A stretch of DNA of 64,000 nucleotides from an uncultured delta proteobacterium (GTDB lineage Bacteria; Myxococcota; Myxococcia; SLRQ01): contig CAVSGM010000011.1 of assembly GCA_963727485.1 (NCBI GenBank), positions 128,001 through 192,000 of the forward strand, given 5' to 3'. Of this stretch, positions 54,443 through 64,000 are shown one piece after another. The notes under the pieces were generated by a model. The model was not told the DNA's origin, did not search any database, and saw only the letters and a program-made list of their open reading frames with translations. Position numbers and translations under genes: made by a program. Every line of letters starts with the position of its first letter. Positions within the stretch are counted from its first letter, which is position 1.

Positions 54443-55300
54443 TCAGGAGCGCAGCTTGTACCCGCGCGAGATCGCCAGCAGCGCCAGCGCCGAGAGGAAG
54501 ACGAGCATCCCCACCACCGCACCGAGCGACACCCAGGGCCCGACGTCGGAGATCCCCAGCAGCCCCCACCGCAGCCCGTTGACCATGTAGAGGATCGGGT
54601 TCACCCGGCTGATGGTGTCCCAGGGCGCGGGGAGCATGGAGATGGAGTAGAAGACGCCGCCGAGGAAGGTCAGCGGCGTGAGGACGAAGTTCGGCACCAC
54701 CGAGAGGTGGTCGAACTTCTCCGCCCACATGGCCACGAGCAGGCCCAGGACCGCGAACGCCGCAGCCACCGCCACCGCGAACCCCACAGTGTAGGCGAGG
54801 TGGTCGACGCGCAGGCCGGTGAAGAACACCGCGACCACGTAGACCAGCACCCCCACCACCAGCGCCCGGAGCACCGCGGCCGCCACGTAGGCGAAGAGGA
54901 TCTCCACCGAGCCCAGCGGCGCCACCAGGATGTCGATGATGGTGCCGTTGATCTTCGACTGGAACAGGGACGACGAGGTGTTGAGGAACGCGGCGTTGAT
55001 CATCGCCAGCATCACCAGGCCGGGGATGACGAACTCGATGTAGGGCACGCCCGCGACGGTCTTGAGCCGGCTGCCGAGGGCGACGCCGAAGACCAGGAAG
55101 TAGAGGCTGGTGGTCACCAGCGGCGAGAGCACCGTCTGGAGCCACACCTTCATGAACCGGCGCACCTCCTTGACGAAGAGGGTGCGCAGGCCCACGGGGT
55201 TCAAGGCCGGGGCGCCGGCGTCGGCGTTGACCACCTCGGCGGTGGGAGGCGGCCGGGGGTCGTCGGGGCCGCCGCCCGCCTGGTGCTCGGGCCCGGTCAC
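54443..55300 (-). CDS. ABC-2 type permease (YadH-like)
   Basis: KEVRRF, YIEFVIPGL, FLGGVFYSI..LP, NPILYMVNG. Confidence 0.92.
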   Translation of the reverse strand: MTGPEHQAGGGPDDPRPPPTAEVVNADAGAPALNPVGLRTLFVKEVRRFMKVWLQTVLSPLVTTSLYFLVFGVALGSRLKTVAGVPYIEFVIPGLVMLAMINAAFLNTSSSLFQSKINGTIIDILVAPLGSVEILFAYVAAAVLRALVVGVLVYVVAVFFTGLRVDHLAYTVGFAVAVAAAFAVLGLLVAMWAEKFDHLSVVPNFVLTPLTFLGGVFYSISMLPAPWDTISRVNPILYMVNGLRWGLLGISDVGPWVSLGAVVGMLVFLSALALLAISRGYKLRS

Positions 55301-56227
55301 TCGCCGGCCTCGGCGTGGGCGATGAGGTCCACGAAGATGTCCTCGAGGGTGGTCTGGGTCACCTGCACGTCGGCGACCTCGCCGGCGGCAAGCATGGTGT
55401 GGAGCGCCTGGTCGAGCTGCGCCGGCGTCGACCACGGCGAGAGGACCTCCCGCGGCGTCACCAGCTCGGCGCCGTCCGGGAGGCCGTCGGGGAGCCGGTC
55501 GAGGGGCTGGCCGAGGGTGAAGACCACGTGGCCCTGGCGGTAGCGCGCCATGAGCCGGTCGCGCTCGTCGACCAGGAGCAGCCGCCCCCGGTGGATGACG
55601 CCGATGCGGTCGGCGAGCTCCTCGGCCTCCTCGAGGTAGTGGGTGGTGAGGATGATGGTGGTGCCCTGGTCGCGGAGGCGCCGGACCTCGGTCCACAGGT
55701 CCTTGCGCAGCTCCACGTCGACGCCGGCGGTGGGCTCGTCGAGGAAGAGGAGCTTCGGCCGGTGGACCAGGGCCTTGGCCACCAGGAGGCGCCGCTTCAT
55801 CCCCCCGGAGAGGTGGCGGGTGTAGGCGTCGCGGTGGTCGAGGAGGGCGAAGGTCTCGAGGAGCCGGTCGGCCCAGGCGGGGTCCGGGGGCACGCCCATG
55901 AGCCCCATCTGGATGAGGAGGCTCTCGGCGGGGGTGAAGAAGGGATCGAAGTTGATCTCCTGGGGCACCAGGCCCAGCAGCCGGCGGGTGACCCGGAAGT
56001 CCGTATGGTTGTCCCAGCCGAAGACCCGGATGTGGCCGCAGGTGCGCCGGGCCAGGCCGGCGATGCAGTGGATGAGGGTGGTCTTGCCGGCGCCGTTGGG
56101 GCCCGAGCAGCGCGAAGATCTCCCCGGGGCGGACGGTGAGGTCCACGTGGTCGACGGCGGTGAACCCGCCGAAGCGCTTGGTGACCCCCTCGAGGACCAG
56201 GGGGGTGGGATCGCGGAGCTCGGCCAT
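55297..56227 (-). CDS. ABC transporter ATP-binding protein (YadG-like; frameshift near 56100)
   Basis: GPNGAGKTT, LSGGMKRR, LDEPTAGVD, TTHYLEEAE. Confidence 0.93.
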
Positions 56228-56263
56228 GGGGCGCCCAGGGATAGGCGGCGCCCGGGGGCCGCG

Positions 56264-57665
56264 TCAACCGCGGGAAGCCTCGGGGGCCGGTGCCCGGCGG
56301 GCGTCGAGGGCGGCGCCGACGGTGAAGCCCGCCAGGGCCGCGGCGCTCCCCCAGAGGTTCACCCCGAGGAGGGCGGCGTTGGGCCCCCCGCCCACCGAGA
56401 GGGCCGCGGGGACGGCGCCGAGGGCGAAGGCGAGGCCGAAGGCGACCCCGGGCCAGAAGGCCAGGTGGAAGGCCAGGGGCCCGGGCCGGCCGGCGCGCCA
56501 GAGCAGGAAGATCGGCGCCAGGCCGAGCACCATGGTGCCGCTGACGGTGGTGGCCTTGAGGATCGCCGCCCCGGCGAAGAGCGGCAGCGAGCCCACGACC
56601 ACCGCCACCGCCATGGCCCACCGCCCGAGGCGTACCCGGTCCATGCGCGCCAGGCGCCCGAGCCACCCGGCGTCGGCGAGGTCCACCGCGGCGGCCCGGC
56701 TCACCGAGGAGAGGGTGGAGTCGAGGGTGGAGCCCGCGGAGACCATCATCATCACCGTGGTGACCACCACCGCGGCGAGGCCCAGGCCCCGGGCGACGGC
56801 GAGCGGCGCGTCCTGGTGCACCGTCAGCCCCGAGAGCCGCGCCGAGACGCCGACCAGCCCGAAGAGCGCGATGAAGGCCCCGGCGACCCCCCCGGCGACG
56901 ACGTAGCCCAGGAGCATCTTCTTCGCCCCGGTGATGAAGGCGCGGTCGGTGAGCACCGGGTCGTGGAAGGGGTAGCTGAAGCTCTGGATCAGGCCCACCA
57001 GGACCAGGTCCACGCCGCCGTGGAGGGTCCAGTGGCCGCTCTCGACCAGGGCGGTGGCCCCGTGGCGCGGCACGATCCACGCCAGGACCAGGACCAGGAG
57101 GCCCAGCGCCACCGCGAGCTGCACCGCGTCGGTGAGGATCGACGGAGCGCAGGCCCCCGCGCAGGGAGTAGGCGAGGGTGACCGCGGTGAAGGCGAGCGC
57201 CGCGGCGTCGTAGGTGCCCGTGCCCGGGGCGCCGAAGTAGGCGCCGACCACCGCGGTGTTGGACCACACCTCGTTGAGCAGGCGCAGGGTCACCACCAGC
57301 AGGAACACCGCGGCGGCGCTGCGGCCGTAGCGGGAGGTGAGGAAGGCGGCGACGCTCGAGGCGCCGGTGCGCCTCCGGATGCCGTAGAGCACCACCCCGG
57401 CGACGGGGATCGAGAGGTACCAGGCGGCGTAGGCGGCGGCGCCGACGAAGCCGTAGGCGTCGCCGAGGTTGGCGGCGTTGGTGATGGACTTGGAGAAGAT
57501 CGAGGAGATGACCACCGAGCCGGCGAGCAGCCCCAGGCCCACCTCCCGGCCGCTCTTCGCCCGGCCCTGGAAGAACTCGGCGAGGGAGCGCGCCGTGGGC
57601 GACATGGCGAACATCGCCACGCCGTAGGCCGCCAGCACGCCCCAGAGGACGGTGGGGAGGCTCAC
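56264..57665 (-). CDS. Sodium:solute symporter-family protein (frameshift near 57140)
   Basis: Multi-TM protein; YSLRGGL...TD, YPFHDPVLTDRAF, SAGSTLDS. Confidence 0.85.
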
Positions 57666-58537
57666 GCCGCGTCGGCTCCGTCGGCGCCGGCTCCGTCGCC
57701 GGCGGTCGCGTCGGCGGCGGCGGCCGCGTGCCTCGCCTCGGCGGCGCGGCGCTCGGCCTCGGGGAGGCTCTTGACCCCGGTGGTCCACCACCCGGTGCGG
57801 ATCGGCGCCACGAACACCGCCTCGAAGCCCTCGGCCTCGAGGCGCGCCGCCCAGGCGAGGTGGTCGTACTCGACCCGGCGGATCTCGACCGAGGGGGCGG
57901 CGCCGGCGGCCAGGCGCAGGAGGGCGTAGTGCACCGCCGGGTCCCCGTCGTGATCGGGCTTGCCCACCACCCCGCAGTTCGCCGCGAACCGGCCCCCGGA
58001 GAGGTGCCGCACCCAGGGGAGCCCCGAGTGGGTGCACACGAAGCCCACCACCCCGAACTGGTCGAGCCAGGCCTCGAGGCGCCCCGCGTCGAGCTCGGAG
58101 GCGTAGAGGAACTCGTTGGTGCGCCCGGGGCTCCCGTGGCACAGGAGCACCGGGCCGGCGGCGGTCTCCACCACCGCGCGCTCGGGCCAGGCGCCGATCC
58201 AGGCGCGGCGGGCGGCGCTGAGGCCTTCGAGGGCGTGGCCGAAGCCCTGGCAGCTCACCCGCTCGTCCTCCGGGTCGTCGTAGCCGCAGCCACAGACGGT
58301 GGAGCCGGCGGCGGCCTCCTGCTCGGAGTTGCCGGCGACCAGGACGTCGAAGGCGGCCTCGACCTTGGCGAGCACCGCCTCGGAGTGGCCGTAGCAGCCC
58401 ACGGCGTCGCCGAGGCAGGCGAGCACCTCGGCGCCGGCGGCCCGGGCGTCGGCGAGGCAGGCGTCGAGGGCCGGCAGGTTGCCGTAGGGGCCGCCGAGGG
58501 CGGCGAGGGTGTGGCAGGGGGCGGGGTCTCGGCGCAT
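57662..58537 (-). CDS. Metallophosphoesterase-family protein with CGCGY motif
   Basis: GGPYGNL, CLGD, GNSE, CHGSP, CTHSG. Confidence 0.85.
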   Translation of the reverse strand: MRRDPAPCHTLAALGGPYGNLPALDACLADARAAGAEVLACLGDAVGCYGHSEAVLAKVEAAFDVLVAGNSEQEAAAGSTVCGCGYDDPEDERVSCQGFGHALEGLSAARRAWIGAWPERAVVETAAGPVLLCHGSPGRTNEFLYASELDAGRLEAWLDQFGVVGFVCTHSGLPWVRHLSGGRFAANCGVVGKPDHDGDPAVHYALLRLAAGAAPSVEIRRVEYDHLAWAARLEAEGFEAVFVAPIRTGWWTTGVKSLPEAERRAAEARHAAAAADATAGDGAGADGADAA

Positions 58538-58757
58538 GGTCTCCTCTTGGGGGTCCCGTGGGGGGGCCCCGGGAGGCTTCGCCGCCTCCGGGGATCCGGT
58601 CACGCCCTTGAATACCCCGGAAGAGGCCGGCGTCGTTCGCGGTACTTCCCCCGGCCCGTGTAAGCCGGTCCGGCGTTGCGACGCGGCGCGTCCTGCGGTG
58701 TAACCGAAGGCGGCGCGACGGCGCAGGGCTCGGGTGAACCCCCGGCCCGGAGCATCC

Positions 58758-59780
<1,023 letters not shown>

Positions 59781-59809
59781 CCCCCCGAACCTGACCCCAG
59801 GAGCCCCCC

Positions 59810-60406
59810 ATGCGCCGCCTGACCGCCCTCGTCGCCGTCCTCGCCGCCGCCGGCCTCGCCGCCCCGGCCTTCGCCGGGACCACCCACTGGACCTTCGACC
59901 CGGTGCACACCGAGGTGAACTTCGAGGTCCCCTACATGATGTTCTCCAGCGTCGACGGGAAGTTCCTCAAGTTCAAGGGGACGGTCACCCTCGACGACGG
60001 CGACGTCACCAAGTCGAAGGTGGACGTGACCATCGACCCCGCGTCGATCACCACCGGCAACAAGATGCGCGACCGGCACCTGCGCGGGGACGAGTTCTTC
60101 GACGCCAAGAAGTTCCCCAAGATCACCTTCGTGTCCTCGAAGGTCACCAAGGGCGCCGACGGGAAGCTCGAGGTCCAGGGGACCCTGACCATGCACGGGG
60201 TCTCCAAGGTCCTCACCCTCGAGGTCAAGGGCCCGAGCCCGGCGCTCACCGATCCCTCGGGCCGGACCATCCGCGCCGCCAAGGGGACGGTCACCCTGAA
60301 CCGCCACGACTTCAAGATCGACTGGAACAAGACCCTCGACAAGGGTGGGACCGTGGTGGGCAACAAGGTCGCGGTCACCATCAAGGCGGTGCTGGTCAAG
60401 CAGTAG
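59810..60406 (+). CDS. YceI-family protein
   Basis: Signal peptide; DPVHTEVNF, RDRHLR..EFFD...FP.ITF.S, GTLTMHG. Confidence 0.93.
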   Translation: MRRLTALVAVLAAAGLAAPAFAGTTHWTFDPVHTEVNFEVPYMMFSSVDGKFLKFKGTVTLDDGDVTKSKVDVTIDPASITTGNKMRDRHLRGDEFFDAKKFPKITFVSSKVTKGADGKLEVQGTLTMHGVSKVLTLEVKGPSPALTDPSGRTIRAAKGTVTLNRHDFKIDWNKTLDKGGTVVGNKVAVTIKAVLVKQ

Positions 60407-60476
60407 CGGCGGCGCGGTGTGCGCGTCCGCCGCCCGCGGGCTATGCTGGAGATCCACGCGGGAGAGGGGACGCGGC

Positions 60477-60914
60477 GTGATCGATCTGGCGACCGGCGAG
60501 CTCAAGCTCATCACCGGCGGGCGCATCGGCCCGCTGACCCGTCGCGAGGCCTTCCGCGAGAGCATCGCCGGGGCCGGCGCCGAGGAGATCCTCCGCGAGG
60601 GCGAGTGGCACGCCTACCGGCTGCTGGCCGCCGAGCGCCCGGGGCGCCTGTTCGCGGTGCTCCTCCACTTCAAGGGCAGCCGGCTCCTCGACGTGAAGCT
60701 GGCGCTGGCCTCCGACCGCTTCGGGGGCAAGCGCGACGACTGGTCGCTCGCCGGGGAGCACGCCCGCAAGCGCGCCCACGACCAGGTGCTGGCGTCGATC
60801 TTCGGCGCCCTGCCCCCCTACGACCTGGGGTGGGGGACCATCGAGTCGGTCATCGGCGCCGACGGGGGGACCAGCGTCATCTGGATCCACTACCGCGAGC
60901 CGGCGCTGGCCTAG
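60477..60914 (+). CDS. Hypothetical protein
   Basis: Purine-rich RBS, GC3-biased codons, C-terminal YDLGWGTIES motif. Confidence 0.6.
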   Translation: MIDLATGELKLITGGRIGPLTRREAFRESIAGAGAEEILREGEWHAYRLLAAERPGRLFAVLLHFKGSRLLDVKLALASDRFGGKRDDWSLAGEHARKRAHDQVLASIFGALPPYDLGWGTIESVIGADGGTSVIWIHYREPALA

Positions 60915-60936
60915 GGCGCGGGGCGTTCGCCGGGGC

Positions 60937-61842
60937 TCAGGGCGCCGGCCAGTCCACCGTCGCCGCCACCGGGAAGTGGTCCGAGGGGTAGCGTGGGGGG
61001 CTGCCGTAGCTGTGGATCCCCACCACCCAGTCGCGGACCTTCCAGGCGCCGCCGGCGACCCAGATGTGGTCGATGCGCTGGGTGGGATCCCAGGTGGGGC
61101 TCTGCTCGTTGGTGTCGATGCGGGGCTTCGCCGCCAGGTCGTAGGTGTTCTGGAACGCCGCGGCGAGGGTCTTGTAGGCGTCGGTGTCGGGCGTGGAGTT
61201 GAAGTCGCCGACGACGATGACGGGCATCTTCTTGGCCCAGGGCGCGGTGCGCGAGACCACGAGGGGCGCGCTCTTCGACTGGCTGGGCGCGGTGTTGTCG
61301 AAGTGGGTGGCGACGAAGTAGAGGTCCTTCCCGCTGGCCTCGTCCTTCAGGTGCGCCCAGGTCACCAGGCGCCAGAGGCTGTTGCCGAAGCCGGTGGACC
61401 AGGGGGTGTCGGGGGTCGGCGAGAGCCAGTAGTTGCCGTGCTCGACCTCGGTGAACCGGCTGGTCCGGTAGAAGATCGTCGCGTCCGGGTACTCGGGGAA
61501 GGTGGCGTTCGGGGTGCCCGGGTCGATGAAGTAGATGGGCGTGAACTGGGGCTCGGCGTGGAGGAACTCGGTGACCTCGCTCTTGTAGGTGAGCTCCTCG
61601 ATGCCCATGAGGTCCGGGTCGTGGCGGTCGATGGCGTCGAAGATGTAGGGGAGGCGGGTCTCCCAGGGGTCCGCGCCCGGGGCGGTGCAGAACGAGCACA
61701 TGACGTTGTAGGTCATCACCGTCAGGGGCTTGGGCGGGGGCGCCTGGGTCGTGGGCGCGGGCCCGCAGGCGCCGACGACGAGGGCGGCGAGGGCGAGGGC
61801 GGCCGGGGCGGCGGACGGCGAGAGGCGGGGGAGGCGCAGCAT
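60937..61842 (-). CDS. Endonuclease/exonuclease/phosphatase-family lipoprotein
   Basis: Lipobox VGAC; MTYNV, THFD, GDFN, IDHI, SDH. Confidence 0.92.
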   Translation of the reverse strand: MLRLPRLSPSAAPAALALAALVVGACGPAPTTQAPPPKPLTVMTYNVMCSFCTAPGADPWETRLPYIFDAIDRHDPDLMGIEELTYKSEVTEFLHAEPQFTPIYFIDPGTPNATFPEYPDATIFYRTSRFTEVEHGNYWLSPTPDTPWSTGFGNSLWRLVTWAHLKDEASGKDLYFVATHFDNTAPSQSKSAPLVVSRTAPWAKKMPVIVVGDFNSTPDTDAYKTLAAAFQNTYDLAAKPRIDTNEQSPTWDPTQRIDHIWVAGGAWKVRDWVVGIHSYGSPPRYPSDHFPVAATVDWPAP

Positions 61843-61909
61843 CGGACACCGGTACCGGGTGGGGCCGGCGAGGTCAACGGGGTCCCGGCACCCCGGAGCT
61901 GATCCGGGG

Positions 61910-62965
61910 CTACTGCGCCGTCGTCGCCACCTCGCCGCTCACCGCCAGGCGCTGCCGCCGCTTCTCCAGCATCGGGGGGATGGTGAGGAAGGTGATGGCG
62001 GCGAGGATCAGCCCGGCGCCCACCAGCTGGTGGACGCTGGGGAAGCGCTGGCCGAAGACCACCGCCAACAGCGACGAGGAGATGACCCCGGCGAGGATGC
62101 TCGAGGACCGGTTCACCGGCACGCAGAAGGTGTTCTCCCGGGGGTCGAGGTACACCAGGCTGCCGAAGATCCCCGTGCCCTGGGAGAAGACGCCGACGAG
62201 GATGGCCATGCCCAGCGCCGGCCCGCCCCAGAGGTCCACGAAGCCGCTGCGGATCTCCCCGAGGATCCCCGGACCGGCGCCCGCCGAGAGGGCGAGGATC
62301 CCGAGGAAGGCGAAGAGGACCGGCGAGGCCACCATCTGCTCCTCGACGAAGTAGCGCCGGTTCACCGCCGGGTCGTCGGTCTTGGCGATCCGGCTCATGA
62401 ACTGGAAGCGGATGAAGTAGGCGAGCAGGTAGAGGACGATGTCGACGGTGGCGATGAGGGTCAGGGTGTAGCCGCCGTGCTCGGTGAAGGCGGCGATGAG
62501 GGCCCCCAGGGAGAACACCAGGCCCATGGCCGAGAACCACCGCACCTTCCGGCCGCTCACCGCGTCTACCACCGGCGCGATGATCAGCACCCCGCCCTTC
62601 ATCAGGAGCATGGCGAAGACGATGCTGATGCCCGAGAAGGTGTAGGCCAGGGTGGTGGTGGCGATGATCCCCGCGGTGCACAGGCCGCTGAGGAAGGTCC
62701 AGAGGGTCGGCGTCGGGAGCCGCAGCCGGCCGACGGTGCGGTGGGTGGCGTAGCGCCACCAGCGCATGCCGGTGAGGAAGAGCAGCGTCGACACCGCCGA
62801 GGCGCCGACCGAGAGCGGCAGCAGGGAGAAGCCGGCGAGCGCCTGGCCGTGCATCCCCGGGAGCAGGCCCTTGGACAGCGCCTTGGTGAGGAAGCTGTAG
62901 GGGACGTAGGCGGCGAAGTAGCCGAAGGCGAACCACCAGATGCTGACGACGCGGGGCTTGCGCAT
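61910..62965 (-). CDS. Multi-pass membrane protein (DMT-like)
   Basis: About ten TM helices in two repeats. Confidence 0.7.
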   Translation of the reverse strand: MRKPRVVSIWWFAFGYFAAYVPYSFLTKALSKGLLPGMHGQALAGFSLLPLSVGASAVSTLLFLTGMRWWRYATHRTVGRLRLPTPTLWTFLSGLCTAGIIATTTLAYTFSGISIVFAMLLMKGGVLIIAPVVDAVSGRKVRWFSAMGLVFSLGALIAAFTEHGGYTLTLIATVDIVLYLLAYFIRFQFMSRIAKTDDPAVNRRYFVEEQMVASPVLFAFLGILALSAGAGPGILGEIRSGFVDLWGGPALGMAILVGVFSQGTGIFGSLVYLDPRENTFCVPVNRSSSILAGVISSSLLAVVFGQRFPSVHQLVGAGLILAAITFLTIPPMLEKRRQRLAVSGEVATTAQ

Positions 62966-63091
62966 GGGGGATACCGGGGTGGGGCCCAAAGCCTAGCCAC
63001 CGGCGCCCCGGGCGCCCGTCCGTCCGACGCCTTCGGTGCCAGGACGCCCGCCGCCGGGCCCCAGAGGGCGCCGGCGGCGGACGGATCCCGG

Positions 63092-63520
63092 CTACGCCGG
63101 CATCGCCACCTCGTCGAGGACGTGGATCACGCCGTTGCCCGCCTCGATGTCGGCGCGGGTGACGTGGGCCTTGTCGATGCCCACCTTCCCGTCCTTCACG
63201 TGGAGGGTGAACTCCTTGCCCGAAGCGGTCTTCACGTGGCTGCCGTCCTTCATCTTGGAGGCCTCCTTGCCCGTCACCTTGCCGTTGACCACGTGGTAGA
63301 GCAGCAGGGACTTCAGCTTCGCCTTGTCCTTGAGGAGGGCGTCGAGCTGGTTCTTGGGGATCTTGGCGAAGGCCGCGTCGTTGGGGGCGAAGACGGTGAA
63401 CGGCCCCTTGCCCTTCAGGGTGTCGGTGAGCCCGGCCTCCTGGATCGCGGTGAGCAGGGTCTTGAAGCTCCCGGCGTCCTTCGCGGTTCCGATGATGTCC
63501 TTCATGGATCTCTTCCTCAT
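63092..63520 (-). CDS. Fasciclin (FAS1) domain protein
   Basis: FTVFAPNDAAF, LLYHVV, NGVIHVLD. Confidence 0.93.
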   Translation of the reverse strand: MRKRSMKDIIGTAKDAGSFKTLLTAIQEAGLTDTLKGKGPFTVFAPNDAAFAKIPKNQLDALLKDKAKLKSLLLYHVVNGKVTGKEASKMKDGSHVKTASGKEFTLHVKDGKVGIDKAHVTRADIEAGNGVIHVLDEVAMPA

Positions 63521-63607
63521 GCACCCCGGGAAAGGAGGCGCGGGACGGACGGGGTGCGATGCGGCCGCCTTCGGCCACGCTCCCGTCCCGCGCGCGAACG
63601 CTTGCGA

Positions 63608-64000
63608 TCAGGACTGGCTGGGGCCGAGGGCGCGCTCCACCGCGCGGACGAGCCCGTCGGGGGGCGCGTCGCCGGTCAGCGGCCCGGAGGCGGCCCAGAG
63701 GACGTTCCCCTCCCGGTCGACGAGGAGGACATAGATGGCGTCCTCGTCGCCCAGGCCGAGGGCGGCCCGGAACTTCGCCTTGTCGAGGTAGAGGGTGATG
63801 GTCCGGGCCCGGGCGTCGGGCCCGGTGATGCCGCCGCGCATGCCGCTGTCGATGAAGAACTGGAGGAACGCGGGCAAGGCGCTGAGGGTGGGCAGCTCGT
63901 ACCACTCGAGGCCGGGGTGGGCCTCGGTGAGGGCCATGGCCGCCGGCGCCCAGGTGTCGACCTCGGCCTGCTGCTCCCGCTGGAAGGCGACGAAGAGGAG
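63608..64000 (-). CDS. Hypothetical thioredoxin-like-fold protein (5' truncated by window edge)
   Basis: Frame open to the window end; VAFQREQQAEVDTW, FIDSGMRGGI, LVDREGNVLW. Confidence 0.65.
   Translation of the reverse strand, partial: LLFVAFQREQQAEVDTWAPAAMALTEAHPGLEWYELPTLSALPAFLQFFIDSGMRGGITGPDARARTITLYLDKAKFRAALGLGDEDAIYVLLVDREGNVLWAASGPLTGDAPPDGLVRAVERALGPSQS

Overview
Very GC-rich bacterial DNA, most consistent with a Myxococcota/deltaproteobacterial genome (DUF4388 response regulator, PEGA-domain Ser/Thr kinase, FG-GAP lipoprotein, ERG24-like reductase). Many genes, including trpS and both Topo VI subunits, carry 1-nt frameshifts, which points to an unpolished long-read assembly rather than real pseudogenes. 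The window holds about 50 CDS, two degraded IS elements (IS481-like, ISL3-like) and a lower-GC insert with a BON-MscS gene. Highlights: (1) a tandem pair of ~370-nt structured non-coding RNA genes (4965-6033, minus strand), each with a sigma-54-like promoter, putative enhancer sites, five UCCCCC motifs and a UUCG-capped terminator; (2) a three-gene operon of ECF-like sigma factor, uncharacterised protein and AAA-less Lon-protease/TPR protein (37324-41099), resembling the CalpS-CalpT-CalpL cascade with TPR in place of SAVED; (3) an orphan CARF-HEPN nuclease gene in an operon divergent from a WYL regulator, with a GAC-N7-GTC palindrome between them and no CRISPR/cas10 in the window; (4) an archaeal-type topoisomerase VI operon; (5) a ~68-bp structured element repeated 4050 bp apart around the low-GC insert. 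All family assignments come from motif recognition by eye; no database search was run.
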